A stretch of 64,000 nt of DNA from an uncultured Actinomycetes bacterium (GCA_963746635.1 CAVVBZ010000036.1:29003-93002); one strand, 5' to 3'; positions 45,337 to 56,820 are shown, numbered from the stretch's first letter. Translations and numbers: made by a program. Notes: generated by a model not told the origin, from the sequence alone.

Positions 45337-46923
45337 GTGACCGAGCTCGAGACTCTGAGAGGGCTCGTCGGTGCCGCGAGCGCCTCGCTCGAGCGCAGCC
45401 GGCAGCGGATCGACGACCTCAATGTCTACCCGGTTCCCGACGGCGATACGGGGACGAACCTCGCGCTCACGGTTCAGGGAGTCGCGGAGGCGCTCGACGC
45501 CTCGAACGCCACCGACCGCGTCGAGCTCGCGCATGAGCTCACTCGCGCGGCGTTGATGAGCGCGCGCGGAAACTCCGGAGTGATCCTCTCCCAGATCGTG
45601 CGCGGAGCCGCCGAGGAGCTCGGGCGGCCGGGAACGGTCGATGCCGCTGCGATCGCGCGCGCCTTTCGGGCGGGAAGCGACGAGGCGTACCGCGCGGTGC
45701 GGAAGCCGGTCGAGGGCACGATGCTGACGGTGATCCGGGCGCTCGCCGGGGAGGCCGAGGCCCGGGCTGCTCCCGATCTCACCGCACCGGATCTGCTCGC
45801 CGCTCTCGTGGAGCGCGGCGAGAAGGCTGTGGAGCAAACGCGGGAACAGCTCGACGTCCTCCGCGACGCAGGCGTGGTCGACGCAGGCGGCGCCGGCTTG
45901 CTCGAGCTCGTCCGCGGGCTGGCGGCCGCGGTTGCAGGCGTGGAGCTGCCCGAGCCAGCGCGAGACGGACACGTCCCGCTCGAGGCGGTGCACCAGGAGC
46001 TCTCGCAGTTCCGCTACTGCACCAGTTTCGTGATCGAGGGCGAGGCTCTCGATGCGCCGAGCCTCGAACGCGAGCTCGAGCGGCTGGGTGACTCGCTCCT
46101 GGTCGTCGGCGATCCGACCGCGCTGCGGGTGCACGTGCACACCGACGACCCCGGTGCCGCGCTCTCGCTCGGCACTGCGGCGGGCGCGATCGAAGCGGTC
46201 GAGATCGCAGACATGCACGTGCAGACGGAGCAGCGCGAGGAGCGGCTGCTCGAGGCGGTCGCCGACCCGGAGGCGCGCAGCGCGGTCGTCGCCGTGGTCG
46301 CCGGAGAAGGCAATCGCCGCCTGTTCGAGAGCCTCGGAGCGGCAAAGATCGTCGAGGGCGGCCAGACCATGAACCCGCCGACGGCCGATCTGGTCGCCGC
46401 GATCGAAGACGCGGGACCCGGCGAGGTCGTGCTCCTGCCGAACAACGCCAACGTCGTCATGGCCGCGGAGCAGGCCGCGCGTCTGGCCGGCGGAACGGTG
46501 CACGTCGTCCCGACCCGCTCGCTCCAGGCGGGGCTCGCGGCGCTTGTCGCGTTCAACGCCGAGCGCTCGGCCGAGGAGAACGCGAGCGAGATGCGGTCGG
46601 CTCTCGAGGGCCTGGTCACCGGCGAGGTCACGATCGCGTCACGCAGCGCTGCCGTCGACGGCGTCACGGCGAGCGAGGGCGACTTCCTCGGCCTTCTGGA
46701 CGAGCGGGCGATCACTGCGGGGCCGGGCTTCCGTGAGGTTGCGGCTGCGGTGGCCGAGCGACTCCTGGCCGAGCCGCGCGACGTTCTCACGCTGCTGACC
46801 GGCGAGAACGCCCCGCCTTTCGACGGGTTCCTGGACGAGCTCGCGGCGCGCCATCCCGAGCTGGAGATCGACGTGCACGAGGGCGGCCAGCCGCACTATC
46901 CGCTCTTGCTCTCCGCCGAGTAG
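45337..46923 (+). CDS. DAK2-domain protein (YloV/FakA-like, putative fatty-acid kinase ATP-binding subunit)
   Basis: YPVPDGDTGTNL, ARGNSGVILSQ. 528 aa, with the conserved position between the Asp23-like gene and recG. Confidence 0.85.
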   Translation: MTELETLRGLVGAASASLERSRQRIDDLNVYPVPDGDTGTNLALTVQGVAEALDASNATDRVELAHELTRAALMSARGNSGVILSQIVRGAAEELGRPGTVDAAAIARAFRAGSDEAYRAVRKPVEGTMLTVIRALAGEAEARAAPDLTAPDLLAALVERGEKAVEQTREQLDVLRDAGVVDAGGAGLLELVRGLAAAVAGVELPEPARDGHVPLEAVHQELSQFRYCTSFVIEGEALDAPSLERELERLGDSLLVVGDPTALRVHVHTDDPGAALSLGTAAGAIEAVEIADMHVQTEQREERLLEAVADPEARSAVVAVVAGEGNRRLFESLGAAKIVEGGQTMNPPTADLVAAIEDAGPGEVVLLPNNANVVMAAEQAARLAGGTVHVVPTRSLQAGLAALVAFNAERSAEENASEMRSALEGLVTGEVTIASRSAAVDGVTASEGDFLGLLDERAITAGPGFREVAAAVAERLLAEPRDVLTLLTGENAPPFDGFLDELAARHPELEIDVHEGGQPHYPLLLSAE

Positions 46924-46933
46924 AGTCGGGCGC

Positions 46934-47317
46934 GTGAGCACGCCGATCCGGGTCGTCCTCGTCGAGGACAACGAGGTCTTTCGCGACGCGCTCGAGCTCC
47001 TGCTCGGCCTTCAGGGCGACATGACGGTCGTTGCGTCGGTAGCCGACGGCACGGATGCCGCCGGGGTCGTCGCCGAGCTGCGCCCGGACGTCGTCCTGAT
47101 GGACTACCGGCTTCCCGGGCTCGACGGCGTGCAGGCCACGTCCGCCGTCCTCGCGGCGTATCCCGAGACGGCTGTTGTCTGCCTGACGGCCTCGGCGAAC
47201 CTGCGCGAGCGCGATGCCTTGATCGAGGCAGGCGCGGTCGGCTGCCTGCGCAAGGACGACGGGCTCGACGCGATCGTGGCGGCCATTCGCGACGCCTCGC
47301 GCCCGGCAGCGGCCTAG
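46934..47317 (+). CDS. stand-alone response-regulator receiver domain
   Basis: VVLVEDNE, DVVLMDYRLPGLDG, VVCLTAS, LRKD. No output domain (127 aa). Confidence 0.8.
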   Translation: MSTPIRVVLVEDNEVFRDALELLLGLQGDMTVVASVADGTDAAGVVAELRPDVVLMDYRLPGLDGVQATSAVLAAYPETAVVCLTASANLRERDALIEAGAVGCLRKDDGLDAIVAAIRDASRPAAA

Positions 47318-48181
47318 TGCCGAAGCTGACCGCCGAGAACACCGCGATCGTCGTCGACTCGACGGCCGATTTCCCCGAGGCACCGGAGCGGTTCCCCAAC
47401 TGGCGGATCGTCCCGCTCTACGTCCGCTTCGGCGACGAGAGCTTCCGCGACTACGTCGAGCTCGCGCCGGACGCGTTCTACGAGCGGTTGAAGGCGGCCG
47501 AGCAGACGCCGACGACTTCCCAGCCGACCCCGGGAGACTTCCTCGCCGCCTACGAAGAGCTCTCCGGCTACGAGCGCATCCTCTCGCTGCACATCGCGGG
47601 CGAAGCTCTCCGGGACGATCGAGAGCGCCCGCACGGCCGCGGACCTGCTCGGCGACGAGCGTGTTCGGACGATCGACACGGAGAGCGCCTCCGCCGCCAC
47701 CGCCATGCTCGGGCTCTCGATCCAGCGGCGCCTCGAGCAGGGGACGACGGACGACGAGGTGGACGCGCTGGTCGGTCGCTTTCGCTCGGAGGCGGGGCTC
47801 CTCTTCACGGTCGACACGTTCGAGTACCTCGCGCGCGGGGGCCGGATCGGCCGTGCCCGCGCGTGGGCGGGCGAGCTCCTCCACATCAAGCCCATCCTCA
47901 CGATCGAGGAGGGCGAGGTCGTGCCCCTCAAGCGCGTACGTGGAAACAAGAAGGCCTTCCTCGAGTTCACGTCCGCCTTCGAGACCGCGACCACGGACTC
48001 GGAGACTCTGAGGGTCGGCATCGCCCACGCGGAGGCTCCCGAACGGGCCGAAGCGGTGGCGGAGATGGTGCGCCGGACCCGCCCGGCCTCCGACATCGAG
48101 CTCGTGACGACGCTCGGCCCGGTCGTCGGCGCACACGCCGGGCCGGGGACGATCGGGTTCTTCTGGTTCGATGATGGCTAG
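47317..48181 (+). pseudogene. DegV-family fatty-acid-binding protein (FakB-like), one +1 frame disruption
   Basis: IVVDSTADFP...SLHIAG is in one frame. KLSGTIESARTAA...GPGTIGFFWF is in the next. An extra base sits at about 47602. Length is 3n+1. Confidence 0.75.
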
Positions 48182-49356
48182 GCGGCAAGGGGCGTCCTTT
48201 CCCCGAGAGCGGCCGTGAGCTCGTTTCGGAGCCGGCCGACCTCGGCGGGGCGGTTGACAGCGAGCGCAGCCAAGGTCGCTCCCCCGGCATCCAGGTAGCG
48301 CGCGACGAGGGAGCCCGGGTCGCCTTCGATCTCGACCGCCGTCCACGTCTCGGCGTGGCCGACGTACTGGAGCCGCAGGCCGAACTGGTCCGACCAGAAG
48401 TACGGCAGCGCGGCATGTGGCCGTTCCTCGCCCAGGATCGCATGCGCGACAGCTGCGCCCTGGCCGGCGGCGCTCGTCCAGTGCTCGACGCGCAGTCTCC
48501 GGCCAAGCAGCGGGTGCCAGGCCTCCGCGACGTCGCCGGCGGCGAAGATGCCGGGGACGCCGGTGCGCCCGCAGGCGTCGGTGGGGATCCCGTTCTTGTC
48601 TGCCACGTCGAGCCCCGCGACTTCCGGGCGCACGCCCACGGCCAGGACGACGGCCTCGGTTGGCACCGTGGTGCCGTCCGCGAGCACCAGCGCCTGTGGC
48701 CGGCCGTCGCTGCCGCGCTCGAGGCGCTCGACGCCGTCGCCCAGCCGCAGGTCGACGCCGGAGTCGGCGTACCGCGCCGCCAGCAAGGCGCCGACCTCCG
48801 GGCCGAGCACCCGCTCGAGTGGCGTGGCCGTCACGTCGACGAGAACCACCGACGCACCGAGCGACGATGCCGTCGAGGCGACCTCCGTGCCGACGAAGCC
48901 GGCACCGACGACGGCGACCCGCGTCCCCGGGCGAAGCTCGCGCCGCAGCGCGGTAGCATCGTCGAGGGTGCGGAGCGTGTGGACGCCCGGGCCGTCCCAG
49001 CCGGGAAGAACGCGCGGGCTCGCGCCGGTCGCGAGCACGAGCGCGTCCCAGCGAAGATCCTCGCCGGCGTCCGTGCTCGCCACGCGTGCCGTCGGGTCCA
49101 CGGCGGTAACACGACGGCTGAGCAGGAGCTCGATGCCCTTTTCCTCCCAGAACCCGCGCGGGCGCAGCTCGAGCGAGGAAGCGTCGCGGGCGCCCGCGAG
49201 ATGCTCCTTCGAGAGGGCGGGCCGCTCGTACGGCGGAACTTGCTCGGCGCCGACGAGCAGGAGCTCGCCCTCGAAGCCGAGCGCGCGAAGCGTCTCGGCG
49301 CAGCGGGCTCCGGCAAGCCCGGCGCCGACCACGAGCACTCGCTCGGGTGTGGTCAT
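48178..49356 (-). CDS. FAD-dependent ferredoxin reductase (pyridine nucleotide-disulfide oxidoreductase family)
   Basis: VVGAGLAGARCA, VVGAGFVGTEVAS, FAAGDVA. Architecture resembles putidaredoxin-reductase. Confidence 0.85.
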   Translation of the reverse strand: MTTPERVLVVGAGLAGARCAETLRALGFEGELLLVGAEQVPPYERPALSKEHLAGARDASSLELRPRGFWEEKGIELLLSRRVTAVDPTARVASTDAGEDLRWDALVLATGASPRVLPGWDGPGVHTLRTLDDATALRRELRPGTRVAVVGAGFVGTEVASTASSLGASVVLVDVTATPLERVLGPEVGALLAARYADSGVDLRLGDGVERLERGSDGRPQALVLADGTTVPTEAVVLAVGVRPEVAGLDVADKNGIPTDACGRTGVPGIFAAGDVAEAWHPLLGRRLRVEHWTSAAGQGAAVAHAILGEERPHAALPYFWSDQFGLRLQYVGHAETWTAVEIEGDPGSLVARYLDAGGATLAALAVNRPAEVGRLRNELTAALGERTPLAA

Positions 49357-49565
49357 GCCGCCTCCTCCTCCTCGACTGCCTCGACGGTGATCGCGCCCAT
49401 CGGGCAGGTCCCGGCCGCCTCCAGGACGTCGGGGTCGTCGGTCTCGCCGACGAGAACGGTCGCGATGCCGTCTGCGCCGACCTCGAATGCCTGTGGAGCG
49501 AGCTCCGCGCAGGAGCCGAAGCCACTGCAGAGCGAACGGTCGATGTGAATGCGGTAGGTGCTCAT
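49353..49565 (-). CDS. small single-cluster ferredoxin
   Basis: 70 aa. CSGFGSC...CP motif. ATGA overlap with the reductase. Confidence 0.85.
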   Translation of the reverse strand: MSTYRIHIDRSLCSGFGSCAELAPQAFEVGADGIATVLVGETDDPDVLEAAGTCPMGAITVEAVEEEEAA

Positions 49566-50167
49566 CTCGGTGTACCTCCGGTGGATGTCTCGGTTGCGGG
49601 GATCGGAGAAGGGTGGGGGGCGCGAAGGGGCGCCGAACGCGCCGGGGCGGCGGTGAGCACGCGCCAGGCGGTGCCGGCGACGACCGCGCCGACCGCGCCG
49701 GTGTAGAGCCAGATCGCCCAGGGCTGAGTCGAGTCGGTCCCGGCGGCGAGCCCGTGCACGGTCGCGGCGGCGAAGATCACGTATGTCGCCCAGTGCAGCC
49801 GCCGCCAGTTCCGCGCGCCGAGCCGGCGGCGCAGCGCGAACGAGACGTAGACGAGCACCATCAGCTCCGCGGCCAGGACGCCGAAGACGGTCCAGAGCGG
49901 ACGGTACGGCGCCAGGCCCGGCACGAAAAGCGCGGCGGGCGTGATCTTCACCGTCGAGTCGAGCACGAGCGCGACGCCGTGGAGCCCGAGTGCCCCCAGG
50001 CCGAGCAGGGCCAGGAAGCGGTGCAGGTCGACGACGGTCGGCTGGCGAACCGCCTTGCCGAGCGGCTTCGACTTGACGACGAGCCCCGCGAGCACCGACA
50101 TGGTCAGCAGCGTGTACGCGGTGAACCCGGCCGCGCGCGCGAGGATCCAGAAGGTCGGATCCTTCAC
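49562..50167 (-). CDS. ferric-reductase-like (MsrQ/FRD-type) di-haem transmembrane protein
   Basis: GTG at 50167 (GTGA overlap with apbE). Six hydrophobic segments. Two His pairs, 14 and 15 residues apart (DLHRF...GLHGV and RLHWA...TVHGL). Confidence 0.65.
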   Translation of the reverse strand: MKDPTFWILARAAGFTAYTLLTMSVLAGLVVKSKPLGKAVRQPTVVDLHRFLALLGLGALGLHGVALVLDSTVKITPAALFVPGLAPYRPLWTVFGVLAAELMVLVYVSFALRRRLGARNWRRLHWATYVIFAAATVHGLAAGTDSTQPWAIWLYTGAVGAVVAGTAWRVLTAAPARSAPLRAPHPSPIPATETSTGGTPR

Positions 50168-51039
50168 GCGATGCCCCCCGCCAGCACGGTGCGACCGTCG
50201 GCGGTGACCAGCACGCACGGCACGTCGAGCGCGTCGGCTTCCGCCGCGCCTGCTCGCTCGCCCGCCAAGAAGAACGCCTTCGCGAGCACCTCGGCCTCGA
50301 CGGCGGTCGAGCCCACGACGGTCACGCGCAGCAGATCGGTCGCGGCGGGCCGACCCGTGGCCGGATCGATCACGTGGTGGCGCTCCTCGCCGTTTCGACG
50401 CCAGTGGCGCCGGTCCCGTCCGGACGTCGCAATGGCACCGTCTTCGAGGGCGAGCGCAATCGTCCCATCGCCCGTCTCGACGCCGACGCGCCAGCCGAGC
50501 GCATCCGGGCGACCGACCGCAGCGATGTCTCCGCCCGCGTCCACGAGTGCCGGGCCGGCCTCGGCGAGGATCGTGGCGGCGCGATCGACGGCGTAGCCCT
50601 TGCCGATTCCGCCGAAGTCGAGGTGGACGCCCGGCTCGAGCCCGATCGTCCCGCGGGAGCGGTCGAGGATCACGCCGCCGCCGCAGGGACCGGCCGGAGG
50701 CGCAGAAGGGCCATCGGGTGCGACCTCGGCAAATGTGCGGTCGTACCCGGCGGCCACCAGTGCGTCGTGGACGGTCGGGTCGAACCGGCCGGAGGTCCGC
50801 TCGCGCGCCTCCAGGGCCAGCTCGACGACCGTCAGCAGGTCATCGCTCGCGTGGATGCGGCCGCTCCGGTTCAGCGCCGAGAGCTCCGACTCCGGGCGGA
50901 AGCGCGAGAGCAGCGCCTCGAGGCGCTCGAACTCCTGCTCGGCGCCATCGAGCACGGCCTCGGCGAGCGGCCCCGGCTTGGCGACGAGGAAGAGCTCCAC
51001 GTCTGTCCCCATCGCGCGGAAGCTGCGCCGGAGGATCAT
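50164..51039 (-). CDS. apbE: FAD:protein FMN transferase
   Basis: RAMGTDVEL, DFGGIGKGYAVD, SGRDRR...HHVIDPATG. No signal peptide or lipobox before the MGT motif. Confidence 0.85.
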   Translation of the reverse strand: MILRRSFRAMGTDVELFLVAKPGPLAEAVLDGAEQEFERLEALLSRFRPESELSALNRSGRIHASDDLLTVVELALEARERTSGRFDPTVHDALVAAGYDRTFAEVAPDGPSAPPAGPCGGGVILDRSRGTIGLEPGVHLDFGGIGKGYAVDRAATILAEAGPALVDAGGDIAAVGRPDALGWRVGVETGDGTIALALEDGAIATSGRDRRHWRRNGEERHHVIDPATGRPAATDLLRVTVVGSTAVEAEVLAKAFFLAGERAGAAEADALDVPCVLVTADGRTVLAGGIA

Positions 51040-51443
51040 GACGTCCTCGTGATCGTGACCGGCGGAAGCGTCACGACGCGCACCGAAGGGGCGCCACCCG
51101 ACGACCCGGAGTACGAGGGTGCAGAGGAGGCCGCGCTCACCGTAACCGCGGCCGCGCGAGCGGCTGCGAGCGCCTGCTGGTGCCGCTGCAGTGCCGACGA
51201 GATCTTGTGCCTTCGCACGGCGAGCTGTACTCGATACACGCGCCAGCGCCGGTTGACGACTCGTCGGACGGCGATCGCGTCATGACGGAGCGCCCGTTCC
51301 CGCGTGGCCAGTGCGGCCCAGCGCGGATCCGCCTTGGCGCTCGCATGGCTCGCCCAGGGCCGGGCCGCGATCGCCGCCCAGGTCACGAAGAAAAGGAGGA
51401 GCGCAGCCGCGAGTGCGTACAGGCGTACGACGTGGTTAGTCAT
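51036..51443 (-). CDS. N-terminally anchored membrane protein, hypothetical
   Basis: ATG at 51443. TM segment LYALAAALLLFFVTWAAIAA. ATGA overlap with apbE. Confidence 0.5.
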   Translation of the reverse strand: MTNHVVRLYALAAALLLFFVTWAAIAARPWASHASAKADPRWAALATRERALRHDAIAVRRVVNRRWRVYRVQLAVRRHKISSALQRHQQALAAARAAAVTVSAASSAPSYSGSSGGAPSVRVVTLPPVTITRTS

Positions 51444-51849
51444 CGCCGCCTCCTTCGTGGTCGCCCTGGTCATCGCCGTGGGCGCGATGCTTGACGACGA
51501 CGATGGGCGCGGGCCGGACGTAGCGAACCCGGGGAGCCGAAGCTGTCGCCGAAGCCGGGATCGACACGGGTGCGGCCGGCGCCTGGGGGGCGGCAGGGGC
51601 CGCGACGGGGGCGAACTTCGGAACCTTCGGGAGTTTCGGCGGACGCTTCGCCAGCGCGCGTCTCAACGCGGCCTGCTGGCGGTCGAGCAGTTTCGTCCGC
51701 ACGCGGAGCGCGCCGGTCTGGGTCTTCGAGGCGCTTGCAGCGGCCGACGACGACTGCCCCAGGTGGGCGGTCTGGACGGCCGCGAGGGCTCCGGCGCCTG
51801 CGGCCATGCCGAGGAAGAGCGAGAGGATCACTGCGTGTGTTCGGGCCAT
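51436..51849 (-). CDS. small exported protein with a His/Gly/Asp C-terminal tail
   Basis: Signal/anchor segment AVILSLFLGMAAGAGALAAV. Tail KHRAHGDDQGDHEGGGDD resembles the tails of the ORFs at 57336 and 59801. Confidence 0.5.
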   Translation of the reverse strand: MARTHAVILSLFLGMAAGAGALAAVQTAHLGQSSSAAASASKTQTGALRVRTKLLDRQQAALRRALAKRPPKLPKVPKFAPVAAPAAPQAPAAPVSIPASATASAPRVRYVRPAPIVVVKHRAHGDDQGDHEGGGDD

Positions 51850-52039
51850 TGGGGGTCCTCCTTCGGGATCCCTTTCACCGTACGAGCCGACGGGTTAAGC
51901 GCGGGACAGGCGCGTACCAAGGTTCGGCAGGTCGCGGTTCGGATCCGGGGCGGCGGTAGGGGGGTCTGATCGCAGGAGCGGCGGAGGCGGGAAAACTTGC
52001 GCTTGCTCGGCGAAATCCCCCGAAAGCGGGAGGGCCGCG

Positions 52040-54142
<2,103 letters not shown>

Positions 54143-54180
54143 TCTGCGCCTCGACGCTCACCCGGGCCAGAGGGCCACGA

Positions 54181-54311
54181 CCGGGGTCTGACCCCGACAC
54201 TTGTCCCTGGCCCGCTGAGCTTGCATGTATTCAGCGTGCAACACTTCGACACGAGCAGGGACTTCGAGCGAAAGTGTGACCAGAACCGACAGGGCTGGGG
54301 TCTGACCCCGG
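54181..54311. repeat. GGGGTCTGACCCC-bounded intergenic element, copy B
   Basis: 13-mers at 54183-54195 and 54297-54309. Internal CTTGCAtgtATTCAGCgTGC...AGCAGGGACTTCG matches copy A. Confidence 0.7.
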
Positions 54312-54329
54312 GTCACGGCTCGAACGGCC

Positions 54330-54335
54330 TAGGCT
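54330..54335 (+). promoter_or_regulatory. -10 box TAGGCT, 6 nt before the rsmD ATG (leaderless candidate)
   Basis: Same hexamer as before the acVLRF1 gene. Confidence 0.4.
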
Positions 54336-54341
54336 CTCGGC

Positions 54342-54893
54342 ATGCGGATCATCGCCGGCTCGCGCAAGGGCTCTCGCCTCTTCGCGCCCAAGGGGACCGA
54401 TACGCGGCCGACCGGCGACCGGGTTCGCGAGGCCGCGTTCAACCTGATCGGCCCGGGGCGGGTCGAGGAGGCGCGGGTGCTCGACCTGTTCGCCGGCTCG
54501 GGCGCGATGGGCCTCGAGGCGCTCTCGCGTGGCGCCGCTCACGCCACGTTCGTCGAGGCCGATCGCGCCGCCTGCCAGACCATCAGCCGCAACCTCGACA
54601 AGCTCGAGCTCGAGGGCGCGACGGTCCTCTGCCAGGACGCCCTCACGGCTCTCCGCGCGGATGCCCGCATGGGCACCCGCTACGATCTCGTGCTGGTCGA
54701 TCCCCCGTACCGGAGGTTTTCTTCCCTGCAAAACGCGCTGATTCAACTCCTGCCCGAGGTCCTCGAGGCCGACGGCCTGCTCGTCTTCGAGACCGCCGCG
54801 AGCGAGGAGCCTGAGCTGTCGCCGCTCGTCCAGCGGACGAGCCGACGCTACGGCTCAGCGCGTCTGACCCTCTTCGAGCACGCGGATGCCTGA
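54342..54893 (+). CDS. rsmD: 16S rRNA (guanine966-N2)-methyltransferase
   Basis: MRIIAGSRKG, RPTGDRVREAAFN, DLFAGSGAMGLEALSRGA, VDPPY. Confidence 0.85.
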   Translation: MRIIAGSRKGSRLFAPKGTDTRPTGDRVREAAFNLIGPGRVEEARVLDLFAGSGAMGLEALSRGAAHATFVEADRAACQTISRNLDKLELEGATVLCQDALTALRADARMGTRYDLVLVDPPYRRFSSLQNALIQLLPEVLEADGLLVFETAASEEPELSPLVQRTSRRYGSARLTLFEHADA

Positions 54894-55416
54894 CGGCCAG
54901 CCACTGACCGCGATCTGCCCGGGCTCGTACGACCCGGTCACGCTCGGCCACCTCGACGTGATCACGCGGGCAGCCTCGATCTTCGAGCGCGTCGTCGTCG
55001 GCGTCGTGCGCGACCCGCATCACAAGGGCACGATGTTCACGGTCGAGGAGCGCGTTGCCTTCCTCGAGGACGCGGTCAGCGGCCACGGCAACGTCGAGGT
55101 CGACGTCTTCGCCGAGTTGGTCGTCGCCTTCGCCCAGCGCTGGGGCGCGACGACGATGGTCAAGGGGCTGCGCGTGATCTCCGACTTCGAGTGGGAGTTC
55201 CAGATGAACCACCTCAACAGGACGCTCGCGCCCGAGATCGAGACGCTTTACGTGATGGCTCGCCCGCAGTTCAGCTTCGTGTCGTCGAGCGGTGTGAAGG
55301 AGATCGCGTCGTTCGGCGGAAAGGTGGACGGCCTCGTGCCCGAGGCCGTGGCGCGCAGGTTCAAGGAGATGTTCCCGGACGGACGGCCCGGCACCCCGGA
55401 GAACCCGCAGGAATGA
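54886..55416 (+). CDS. coaD: phosphopantetheine adenylyltransferase
   Basis: CPGSYDPVTLGHLD, KGLRVISDFEWEFQM, SSSGVKE. Confidence 0.9.
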   Translation: MPDGQPLTAICPGSYDPVTLGHLDVITRAASIFERVVVGVVRDPHHKGTMFTVEERVAFLEDAVSGHGNVEVDVFAELVVAFAQRWGATTMVKGLRVISDFEWEFQMNHLNRTLAPEIETLYVMARPQFSFVSSSGVKEIASFGGKVDGLVPEAVARRFKEMFPDGRPGTPENPQE

Positions 55417-55745
55417 GCGAGACAGACAGGCTCGAGACGCTCCTCGCCGTCGACGGCGACGTGAGGCTTGCGAGGCACGATGCACAGGAGGTCGTCCAGA
55501 AGCTGCGTGTGCGGGGAGGAGGCGGCGAGACGATCGACCGGCTCGAGTCGCAGCTCGCTCAGAGTGACGAGATCGTCCTCCCGCGCGACGAGGCCCAGCA
55601 GGTCCTCGAGGAGCTACGCGCGAGCGGCCGCCGCTGGGTCTTCGGCACGGATGCGCCGCGCGAGCGCCCATCGGCCCCGGAGCCAGAGCCGGAGCCGGAG
55701 CCCGAGCCGCAGCCCCAGCGCCGCCGGTTCTGGCGAAGTCGCTAG
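55413..55745 (+). CDS. hypothetical protein with a C-terminal (PE)n repeat
   Basis: ATGA overlap with coaD. 110 aa. Contains PEPEPEPEPEPQPQ. Confidence 0.5.
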   Translation: MSETDRLETLLAVDGDVRLARHDAQEVVQKLRVRGGGGETIDRLESQLAQSDEIVLPRDEAQQVLEELRASGRRWVFGTDAPRERPSAPEPEPEPEPEPQPQRRRFWRSR

Positions 55746-55778
55746 CGGGCGACTTCCCTCTGTAAACTCCGCAAATCC

Positions 55779-56288
55779 ATGGATGTACTTGTCTTGATCG
55801 ACAAGCTCGACGACCTCGTGCACAACGCGAAGGCCGTCCCGCTGACCGACCAGGTTCGCATCGACCGCGAGGAGATCTACGACATCCTCGACCAGATGCG
55901 GGCGACGATCCCCGAGGAGATCAAGCAGGCGCGCTGGATCGTCAAGGAGCGCCAGGAGATGCTCGCCGAGGCCAAGCGAGAGTGCGACCGGATCCTCGGC
56001 GAGGCCCGCGAACAGGCCGTTCGCGAGGCGTCGCAGACCGAGATCGTCAAGCTCGCGGAGCGCCAGGCCGGGGAGATCGTGGACGACGCCCGCCGTCAGG
56101 CGCGCGAGACGCGGCTCGAGATGGAGGACTGGGCGGACTCGATCCTGTCGACGCTCGAGGTCAACCTCGACAAGTTCCTGAGCGCGGTCAGGCGCGGCCG
56201 CGAGCGGCTGCACGAGCGCTCGCAGGAAACCGTCGTCGCCGGAGTGGGCGCCAGCGCCGACGGCTCGGACGACGAGCAGCCTTACTAG
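55779..56288 (+). CDS. coiled-coil protein, hypothetical (ATPase-subunit-b/DivIVA-like heptads)
   Basis: 169 aa, ATG start, charged heptad-rich sequence. No catalytic motif seen. Confidence 0.6.
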   Translation: MDVLVLIDKLDDLVHNAKAVPLTDQVRIDREEIYDILDQMRATIPEEIKQARWIVKERQEMLAEAKRECDRILGEAREQAVREASQTEIVKLAERQAGEIVDDARRQARETRLEMEDWADSILSTLEVNLDKFLSAVRRGRERLHERSQETVVAGVGASADGSDDEQPY

Positions 56289-56299
56289 GGACGACCGTC

Positions 56300-56809
56300 G
56301 TGGACACGTACCTGGCCGTCGCGAGCAAGCGCGACTGGCGCAGCTACGCGGACCGGCCGGTTGCGGAGGACGTGCTGCAGCGCATTCTCGACGCGGGGCG
56401 ACTCAGCGGCAGCTCCGTCAACAAGCAGCCGTGGACGTTCGTCGTGGTCGAGAGCCCCGAGGCCAAGGAGCGCGTCGCCGAGACGGTCTACGCCCAGGAC
56501 AACATCCGCACCTGCGCCTTCGCCGTGGCGATCGCGACCGAGAACGGCGACTACCCGTTCGACGTGGGCCGCGCAATGCAGAACATGATGCTCGCAGCCT
56601 GGAACGAGGGCGTCGTCTCGTGTCCCAACGGCATGCCCGATCGCGAGGTCGCCGCGCGCGCCCTCGGCCTCGCGGAGGGACTCGTGCCCGTCAACATCCC
56701 GAGCTTCGGCTACCCGAAACGCCCGCGTGACCCCGAGGCGCACACGGCCGAGGAGTGGAGCGCGGAGGCCCACCGCAGGCCGCTCGAGGAGCTCGTAACG
56801 CGGATTTGA
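56300..56809 (+). CDS. nitroreductase-family protein
   Basis: GTG at 56300. RILDAGRLSGSSVNKQPWTFVVV, MQNMMLAAWNEG. Confidence 0.75.
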   Translation: MDTYLAVASKRDWRSYADRPVAEDVLQRILDAGRLSGSSVNKQPWTFVVVESPEAKERVAETVYAQDNIRTCAFAVAIATENGDYPFDVGRAMQNMMLAAWNEGVVSCPNGMPDREVAARALGLAEGLVPVNIPSFGYPKRPRDPEAHTAEEWSAEAHRRPLEELVTRI

Positions 56810-56820
56810 GCGTTGCTACC

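Noticed and set aside
55681-55722. GAGCC(A/G/C)-type hexanucleotide repeat
   Set aside because: It is an in-frame (PE)n low-complexity tail of the ORF at 55413-55745, not a CRISPR or regulatory array.
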